Source of the DNA: Camelus ferus
Taxonomy: Eukaryota
NCBI RefSeq assembly: GCF_009834535.1
Contig: NC_045697.1
Span: 61,630,001 to 61,694,000 of the forward strand
Direction: 5' to 3'
Length of the DNA: 64,000 bases
Shown: one piece after another, positions 55,083 through 64,000 of the stretch
Layout: every line of letters begins with the position of its first letter
Position numbering within the stretch: the stretch's first letter is position 1
Made by a program: the position numbers and the translations under genes
The notes under the pieces: generated by a model
What the model was told of the DNA's origin: nothing
The model's database searches: none
The model's input: the letters and a program-made list of their open reading frames with translations, nothing else

Positions 55083-56205
55083 TTTTTTGTGATGTATAAT
55101 CTACAATTTATTTTTCTGTATTTTTTTAATTGAAGTATATAGTCAGTTCACAACGTTGTGTCAGTTTCTGGTGTATGGCATAATGCTTCAGTCATACATG
55201 AACATACATATATTTGTTTTCATATTCTTTTTCACCATAAGTTACTATAAGATATTGAATATAGTTCCCTGTGCTATATAGTATAATATATACTATATTA
55301 CATATAACATATATATAATATATTATATATTACAATATATATTAATTAGTATCTTCAAATCTCAGACTCCCAATTTATCCCTTCCCAACCCTTTCCGCCT
55401 CTGGTAACCATAAGTTTGTTTTCTACGTCTATGAGTCTATGTCTGTGAGTCTGTGAGTCTGTTTCTGTTTTGTAAATAAGTTCATTATGTCTTTTTTTTT
55501 TTAGATTCTACATATAAGTGATATCATATGGTATTTTTCTTTCTCTTTCTGGTTTACTTCACTTAGAATGACGATCTCCAGGTCCATCTATGTTGCTGCA
55601 AATGGCATTATTTTATTCTTTTTTATGGCTGAGTAGTATTCCATTGTATAAATATACATCTTCTTTACCCAGTCATCTGTCGATGCACATTTAGGTTGTT
55701 TCCATGTTTTAGCTATTGTAAATAGTGCTGCTAGGGACTTTGGCATGCATGTATTTTTTTGAAGTAAGGTACCCTCTGGATATATGCCTAGGAGTGGGAT
55801 TGCTGATATGGTAAGTCTATTTTTAGCTTTTTGAGGAATCTCCATACTGTTTTCCATAATGGCTGCACCAAACTACATTCCCACCAACAGTGTGGGAGGG
55901 TTCCCTTTTCTTCACAGCCTTTCTAGCATTTATCATTTGTGGACTTCTGAATGATGGCCATTCTGACTGGTGTGAGATTGTAGTTTTAACTGCATCTCTC
56001 TGATAATTAGTGATATTGAGCATTTTTTCATGTGCCTTTTGGCCATTTGTACGCCTTCATTGGAGAATTGTTTGTTTAGGTCTTCTGCCCATTTTTGAAT
56101 AGAGTTGTTTGTTTCTTTCTTATTAAGTTGTATGAGCTGTATATATATTCTGGAAATTAAGCCCTTGTCAGTCTCATCATTTGCAAATATTTTCTCCCAT
56201 TCCAT
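55083..56205 (-). mobile_element. 5'-truncated L1, related to the young camelid-type family, with probable short 3' transduction
   Basis: Minus-strand ORF2 peptides EWEKIFAN and [15 protein letters not shown], close to the young L1. TSD TGTTTACCAAAC (55070-55081) / TGTTTATCAAAC (56206-56217). Confidence 0.93.
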
Positions 56206-56725
56206 TGTTTATCAAACTTATAATATGAAAATTAAGACACTCTGTGCTTCAGATCAGTGCCACACAAAGTTAAATAGGAGTTCCACTGGCCTTGCTACCT
56301 GAGTTTCAGATAATTATTTAGTAATTCTGATCATTACACTGTTCATACCTAACCATTTCTGCCCCACGGTTACCTGCCTCAGCCTGGCTTATTCAATCTT
56401 AGCTCCATTATTTTGGTGGTGACCCTAATGTATATACCCCAATGTCATACTGAAGAAACTACTTAAGTTCTCCTTACAGATTACAGAATTTGAAGTCTCC
56501 AAGCAATGCTTTTTCATTTCTTTTAGAAAGCATAAAGTCTCTGTGATAAGCATTTTAAAGGTATTTTCATATTACTTATTGCCCCTTGTTTGCATGTAAG
56601 TATTTTCATTGAAAAATTGAAATAACCACAAGCATTGAGATCACAAAGTACCCATGCCCATGCAATGTGCTCTTGACTTAAATTCTCATTAAATACCCAC
56701 AGAAATTCTTCAAGGAAGGTATCAT

Positions 56726-57094
56726 TGTCTTAGTTCACTTGGGCTACTATAATAGAATACTATGGACTGGGTGGCTTTGTAAACAACAGAAATTTATTTC
56801 TCATAATTTCAGAGGCTGGAAAGTCCAAAGTCAAGACACTGACAGATTCAATGTCTGGTGATGTTCATTTCCTGGTTCATAGACAAACATCTTTCCACTG
56901 TCTTCACATGACAGAAACAGTGAGAGAGCTCTCAGGGTCTCTTTTGTAAGGACATTAATCCTATTCATGAGGGCTCCACCCTCTTGACCCACCTCCTAAT
57001 CACTATCACAGCTCTACCTCCTAATATCATCACATTGGGGGTTAGAATTTCAACATATGAAATTTGGGAGGACACAAACATTCAGTCCATTGCA
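56726..57094 (-). mobile_element. MaLR solo LTR, MLT1A-like, inserted in a MIR
   Basis: TGTCTTAGTTCACTTGGGCTACTATAA...AACAACAGAAATTTATTTCTCA...GGACACAAACATTCAGTCCATTGCA. 5-bp TSD ATCAT/ATTAT; the flanks rejoin as MIR. Confidence 0.88.
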
Positions 57095-57999
57095 ATTATC
57101 ATTCTCACTTTTATAGGTAAGAAAATAGACTTGAGAGGTTAAATAAATTAAGTAAGGAAGCTGTTAAGTAAAAGATCCAGGGTTGGAAAATAAATCTATC
57201 TGATTCTGAATTCTAGATTATTTCCTCAGTAAGGCCTTGACTTCACAAGTTTGTTGTATGTGATTTGCTTATTAAAAGCATGTAAGAGAAATTACCAATT
57301 GCATGACCAATATTAATGCAGCTACCAATTGCACAAACTTTGTTGAATGGGCTTTTTCCTAAGTCACTATTATCAAAACATATCACTTAAAGAAATAATT
57401 ACTGCTTCCACCTGGAAAACAAATTTTGAGCCTACATTTGTATAATTTTGGACATTATAATTGAAGAAAATTTGAAGTTCACAACATAGAAATTTCCTGC
57501 TAAATCACGTATACTCCATCTATAAAGAAAATGCAATGCACTGGTCAGCATAATATATTCTTTTATTTGTCTGCTTTCAGAAATACAGCTTTAAAAGAAC
57601 CTAGAGAATTCAGATCTGTGGATAAAATGTATAAGCAAAAATAAAATTACCTCTTTTATTTATAAAAAAATTAGACTTAGCATTTGGTCATTCCTCATGT
57701 TCATACTGGTATCAAGTACTAGTGTCAAACATACTATTATTAACTCCAGATATTTCTCTCTATACTGATAGTTACTGATAGTCACACCTCCATGAATAAG
57801 TATAGGAAATTTTCATTCAAGAGCATGTCAGTATGTCTGAGAGATCCATTATTTGAACAACAATGTTATACCATCAGTCAGAATCCTTGGAGCAAATTTA
57901 GAGACCACTTAACTTGTTTTGTTTTTGTTTTTTTTTTTTTTTTGACAAGGCCAGAGGCCAGAGCTCTTCAAAAGGGCTTTACATAAAGATGTCAAGGAC

Positions 58000-58470
58000 T
58001 AAACAATCATCACTCCTTTTAAGCACTTATCATCTCAGCATTCTTCCGATGTGGGGAAACTTTACACTTTATAAGTCTTCATAGCAGGAGAAATAGATCC
58101 CAGAAATGAGAAAATATAAGCATTTGCTTCCCAGGTTCCCTTGAATCTGGGATGTAAACATGGACCTGAACTCTGCCAATCACATGCATCCATGTCAGGC
58201 TTCAATTCAAAAGCTAGTCTCTCTAGCTGGCAGCACTAGAGTTACCATAAGGTTGAGAAGTTGGCAGAGTACAAACTGTCGCAACTGGCATTCAATGAAG
58301 GCAGCAACAGTTTCATCATCAGGCCAGTGCTGAAGTGTGGCTTGGGTGTAAGTTGCACTTAGGCTAGGCCTCCTGTCTCCCAACTGTACTGAGACCTCTC
58401 TCATCCCTCTAATAAAATTTTATCTTGATAAAATTAGTTGGAGTTACTGCTTACCGCTGAAAAACTGTTG
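58000..58470 (+). mobile_element. ERVL LTR (LTR33-like)
   Basis: CTTCCCAGGTTCCCTTGAATCTGGG...CATGGACCTGAACTCTGCCAATCACATGC and terminal TCTAATAAAATTTTATC. Confidence 0.5.
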
Positions 58471-59619
58471 ATAAAAAACTCTGTCTCTATTTTACAACAG
58501 GATCAATAGAAGCCTTTTTGCTAATGGGAAGTAATGGAGAACAACTGTTGAATCAAACTGATCATTTATTGAATGTTTATACCTATTAAATAATTTTAGC
58601 TCTAGTAATTACCATTATTAGTATAGTAGTCAGAGTCTTGAAGATCTTTTTCTAGGACTATCCCTGCTGCATTTCTCTTCCTTTTATCATGAGTTGGATT
58701 CAGCCCATCTGCTTCTCCCTTCTAACATTACTCTATTTTTATGATAAATTAAGTGATATGAAAATGGTTGGTTCAATATGTCCCAACCCATCAATAAGTT
58801 GCATGTGGCTCCTAAGGATCAACAGTGTTAAAGTGGCTCCAAGAAAATTGGTTACACTAACGTTCAGCCCTAAATCTTGCAAACTGGCACCATGAGAATC
58901 AGCTACAATCCCCTTTCTGCTTTCTAAAGGAAAAAGTTTCTGAGCTCAGGTTATTGGATTCAGGCAAGCTAACATCTAGTCAGTCTTTTTCTCTATCTTA
59001 TTCATATTAACTATATATTATCTAATAACTGTAGCTGACCTTCCTCCTTCTACCCCCTGTCCAGACCTGAATCAGGGCCATTATTTGATTTTGATATTAT
59101 CGATATTTATGCACAGAAATATGCTCTTACACTAAAGAGTCTACCAATATAAATTAGTAATTTTAATTTGAGCAAAACCAGACCCCCCAAAATTGATTTT
59201 AACTAATTAACAACTTTCAGTTCAAATAGATATTAGGAACTGATTAAACACTAAGTTATTATCAATGTGGAGGAAAAATAAATTGCATATTTTAAGTTTA
59301 AAAACAGTTGTGTTTTAATTAATTCCTTTTTGATCTCAAGAGAAGCGGTGAGTTTTAAAATTACTTTTCATTTTTTTTAATCACCACAACTTTTTGTCAT
59401 TACTAAGGTCCTCCCATTCGAGGTCAATTCTTAATAATATTTCTGCATGTAAACATTAACATTTTGAGTAAAGTTGCTTTAAATGATTTTGCCTTTTGAT
59501 TTTTACACATAGCTCTTAAATACAAAGATTTTCTACATGCACTCTGGAGAAAGACTTTCTACAACTATCAAATTTAGTTTTTAAACTGTACTTTTAATAT
59601 ATCATTTTAAAAAAGCTGG

Positions 59620-59880
59620 TGAAATATACACGTAGTTTTTAAAATCAAGACTGTGTCAAATTGTGTGGATTTAAATACTGTCTTCACCATTTATTAGATC
59701 TTTGATCTTGGGTAGGTAATTTAGTATTTCTATGTTCCAGTTTCCTAAAATGAAAAATGAGGATAACAATAAAAACCATGTCTTAGGTTGGTATGAGAAT
59801 TAAAGGAGTTGTTATACATAAAGCACTTGGAATTTTGCTAGCATAAAATAAATGTGCAATAGATGTTAGCTATTATTACT
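59620..59880 (+). mobile_element. MIR SINE
   Basis: TGATCTTGGGTAGG...TTCCAGTTTCCTAAAATGAAAAATGAGGATAA...ATGTTAGCTATTATTA. Confidence 0.8.
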
Positions 59881-60534
59881 ATCAGTTTTGTTCCAGATAT
59901 GGACAGATATCAGATATAGTGAAATGCAAAGAATAGGCGCCTTGAAGTCAAAACTACTCATATTCAAATACTGGAATGTGAAGGAGATGTAAAATCTGTG
60001 TGCTTAAATTCGGATCTGAATAGTAATATTTATATGGAAGAATTCCTACTGCCAAAACCACCTCTGCGTGGCAAGTGTTGGAAATGCTAAAATATATATA
60101 TATATCCTCTGCTTAAAAAGATATCTCTTCTAATCATAGATATTTCAAGATCCCTACTGAGCTTTGCACACACAAACCTTTTGTAAATGTCTACAATGAT
60201 ACCTGCACACATCTGCTTTATTTTTTTTCTTAGAGTAACACTAACTCCCCTTGTCCACTCATATTTAAACCTTCATACCAAAAGTTTCCACTTAAAAGTC
60301 ATGCTCTTCTTTCAGAAAAGAAAAAGGGATTTTATCTTTCACAATACAAGTATCTTGTGAAGTTGAGTTGCTGTCCTTATTGTTTACCCTTTCTAAGACA
60401 AATGTGTATTTTATAGCTGAAATCAAGATGAATCTTGTGACCTCTGTGCCCAAGCTCACAACTGTACCATAACAAAACCCTCTGACAGTTCTGCATACTC
60501 AGCTCTCTTGGATGTGGTTGTAGAGATAATTTTG

Positions 60535-61990
60535 TGTCTTGGTTGGGTCCCCTGACCTGAGACAAGGACTAAGTGCATTCAGGTTATTTGGGAGGTGCAG
60601 AAATGCAAGCAGAGAAGTAAAGAGGTAATGTGGAGTTGCAAGGAACAGTGGAAAGAGGTGTATTAAGCCCTAGAACCAAAACCTTGAGAATCAGGAGCAC
60701 TGATGTCACATGAGTAGTTAGTCCCAGGAGGTCACTGAGGAGTCAACTCTACATTACAACCAGGCACAGTTCATAGTCTGCATCTACATCCAAAGGGGGA
60801 GCAAGGTAGAAAGTCACTGTCATGAAGGCAGGAGAAGATGGATGTCTCAGCTCAAACAGAATGAACAAATTTATTCTTCTCCCATGTTTTTGTTCTATTC
60901 AGGCCCTCAGCAGACTGAATGATGCTCACTTGCATTGGGGAGGGCAATCCACTTTACTCGGTCAAACAACTCAAATGCTAATCTCTTCTGGACACGCCTT
61001 CACAAATACACCCAGAAATAATATTTTAACAGCTATCCCAGCATCCCTTAGCTCAGTCAAACTGACACATAAAATTAACCATTACAAGGGAGAAATTACA
61101 AATTGTAGTGGAATGGTTCCATCATGGTGCTATAGTGACTTTGGATGTTTCCATTAGGCAAGGATCAACTACAGTCTAATCCAAGTCTTTGTGGAACATA
61201 CTATGATCTACTCTAGAACATGACAAGATAAGAAGTCTTTTTAGAAGCTGTCACAAGATCACTTTTCATCCATATCCCTCTCTTGCAAGAGGGACACTAC
61301 CTTATGGAAGGCCGTTATGAAGCAGTTTCTCATCTGCCTCACTGGTTCTAGTGAAACATGGGAATTTCTAACTTGCTCTCTCTTTGGGTACAACTGTAGA
61401 CTACACAACTGCTTGGGTGCAATTTAGAGATGGCTTCTCAATGACATTGTGACTCACTACTTGTGTGATCTGTCATCTGACCCCTCTGGTTCTAAATTGT
61501 CCTGTGACATCCTAGGATGTGGGGAGTCAACACCATGTTGATCTTGCTTTTGCTGTCTGTGTAATAAACTCTTTAAATCCATGTGGGCTTATTTTCTCTT
61601 CACCAGTCAAATCTATGGAAGTTGGCAAGCCAACCTAGCAGCTACCACCACACTGCTGCCGAGAGATTACTGGACTGCTTGATGCAAAGGCAGCTGCCAC
61701 AATGGGAAACTAAAGCTTTATATCTGGGAAGTGGTGTAAAATGCATGTCTCAGAGTTATCTTGGTCAAGGGATGAAGGATAGCTAGAATATTTATACCCT
61801 CACACCCATGTTATTGATTAAGGGCTGTCTTGGAGTGACATTAATGATCAGGTGATTCTGGTATGTGGTTTGAGGCAGTAAAGTGTGTTTCAGCAGTACA
61901 AAGACGTAGATGCTGGCCATTTTAAATTCAAGTTTGCACACACAGATGTGGTAAAGGGAAGCAAGAGAATATTGGCAGAGTACTGACCAT
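60535..61990. mobile_element. Nested LTR cluster: outer ERVL (LTR16-like, minus), MLT2B-like piece (~60665-61086, minus) and another LTR (~61090-61645, plus)
   Basis: Outer: CCTGAGACAAGG...TTATTTGGGAGGTG and TATTTATACC...ATTGATTAAGGGCTG. MLT2 end: GTCAAACTGACACATAAAATTAACCATTACA. Inner LTR has AATAAA at ~61563. Confidence 0.6.
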
Positions 61991-62849
61991 GTTCAATCAA
62001 TGGTCATGCCAAAAGGATATTGTATTATAGATAGAGTCTAGTGATGTCTACCTAAGAATATTAATATTAACCATCTTTTCAAAGAAGAGATAACTTAAAT
62101 AAAATAGTCTCACCTACCCCATCACTTTCTATCCTTTTACTTTCATTTTTCCTATAGTATGAGTTTATATGTCTGTCATCTTTTCCCTTCACATAGCAGG
62201 GGCTTTGTCTAACTTCCTCACCACTATATCTTCAGGGCCTAGGAAAGTGGGCATGGACAACAATAAACGCATGAATGAATCAATTTATTTTTCAATATGT
62301 CTTTGGCTAAGATAATCCACAGCCTCTGTTAAGACTGTGTCATTAGAAAAGCCATTTATAATTGCTAGGTGATGACTCCTTATTCTAAGAAACTGCAGGG
62401 TAAGAACCAATATATATTATATTCATGTTATATCTCTAAGAGCCACCAATAATAGAGTAATAGAATCTTGCACATAGTAGACTTTACATACTATTCAATC
62501 TATTGAACTGTTTCTTATAAAAATACATTATTCCCTTTCATTTGTATGACTATTGGTGTTTTTAAACACTTCTACTTCAATTATCTCATCTATTTCTCTC
62601 TATTGGTAGGTATTATAATTCCAATTTTGCATATGAGGAAGAATATTATTTTCAAGAAAATTGAATGAGTTTTTCCAATGATGCAACTCCTAACCATTTA
62701 TTTAGCACATGTATACTGAATGTCTACTCTAAGCCTAACACCATCCTAGACTCAGGGAACAAAAGTATAAAGTCCCTAAATGGAAAGAATTCACATTCCA
62801 GTAGAAGAGTTCTACAAAATCATTTCCAATGGATGAACATCCCAGGTGG

Positions 62850-63070
62850 CAAACCAGTCTGATTCCGATCCTGATATTGCTGTCTTCCAGTTCTGTCCCT
62901 CATCCTGAGCAAATTACTGACCCTTTCTGGGCTGCCATTTCCCCAGTACTTTAAGAGGTACACAGGAATACTATGAACTTTATAAGTTAGTTATAAAGAT
63001 TAAATGAGGCACATAGAACCATACCTGGAATATAGTAAGTGCTTAATAAATATCAATTGCTACTATAAAT
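62850..63070 (+). mobile_element. MIR SINE
   Basis: CCTGAGCAAATTACTGACCCTTTCTGGGCTGCCATTT...AAGATTAAATGAG...TAGTAAGTGCTTAATAAAT. Confidence 0.7.
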
Positions 63071-64000
63071 GCGTTTTGAAAGAGATGTTCCAGGTGAAGT
63101 AGATGAACAACTAACTATAGCCCCAGAATAAGGTAAATCAACTTTCCTTTTGTTTTCCAACATGGAAGCTAAGTTGGAGGTAAAGTCTGAAGAAGATCAA
63201 GAACTAACGCAGAGAAGAAGACATGATGAGAGGACCTGAACTAAAATAACAATTCATGTAGCAGATGAAAACAGAATTGGTGATGAGTTGCACAGGTGAG
63301 ATAAGGAGAGAGAAAAATAAATGATGATGAGATTTGGGGCTGGGTCAGTCTTCTAATGGTGCAATATTTACAAATATAATGAATATTTATGAAAAATGAG
63401 GTTTGGAGAGAATGCAGGAAAAGATGAGGATAGGTGCAGTTTTAGACAAGGTCTGGTGCTCTTCCTACTATACTTTGCTACCTGAAAAAGTGTGAATTTG
63501 TTAGAATTTGATTCTAAATGAAAGAAGACAATATAAGCATAGATACAAAGTGTAACAGAGTTTGTAAGGGCAAAAGCTGACTTCAAAATGAAGAGCAAAA
63601 AGAATTCCGTTGCCAGGGTCTGAAGAATCCTTTAATGTCATGAATCCAGTGCCAGTGCCCAAGTAAACTTTCACCAAATCTGACCACATACACATATACA
63701 CACACAAATACATTCACAAATTATGTGCACATAAGTGCAATGCATTTGATTTTAACAAACATTGAAAATGCTCTGCCCTTCTTAATTACTCAATAAATAT
63801 TTCATTTGATGTATTTGATGGTCATCTGCTCATATGATGTTTCATTCCTTCATCAGAAGGCTCCAAATATAATTTTATTGTGTCTTTACTGCAGAGGAAT
63901 TTAAAATCAGAATTTTTTATTTTGTGCTTGTCACATTTAATGATAATAATCACCTTCAATCCTTCAAAGTAATTTCATATCCAAGTGAGAGACAGTTCTT

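Noticed and set aside
63368..63713. Overlapping minus-strand ORFs near the window end
   Set aside because: No single open frame between plausible splice sites and no recognisable protein.

Overview
AT-rich, repeat-dense mammalian genomic DNA, intergenic or deep intronic. It is very likely from a camelid (alpaca, llama or camel), judged from a Vic-1-type tRNA-derived SINE at 27.2 kb. I could not confidently identify any intact host protein-coding gene. The ORFs with recognisable products are LINE-1 ORF1/ORF2 fragments; the rest look like chance ORFs. The dominant structure is a full-length, fairly young but disabled ~7.0 kb L1 (34816-41843) nested inside an older L1 (~31030-43630). About 700 nt of the host L1 is missing exactly at the insertion point. 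Other content includes several truncated L1s, MaLR/ERVL/ERV1 solo LTRs, L2, MIR, a hAT-transposon fossil and microsatellites. The most notable unexplained structures are a ~630-nt degenerate fold-back palindrome (45730-46363), a short probable L1 3' transduction, two 5'-inverted L1s and a few unassigned minus-strand exon-like segments. I see no evidence of a novel multi-gene system. Repeat subfamily names are from recall of consensus sequences, not from a search.
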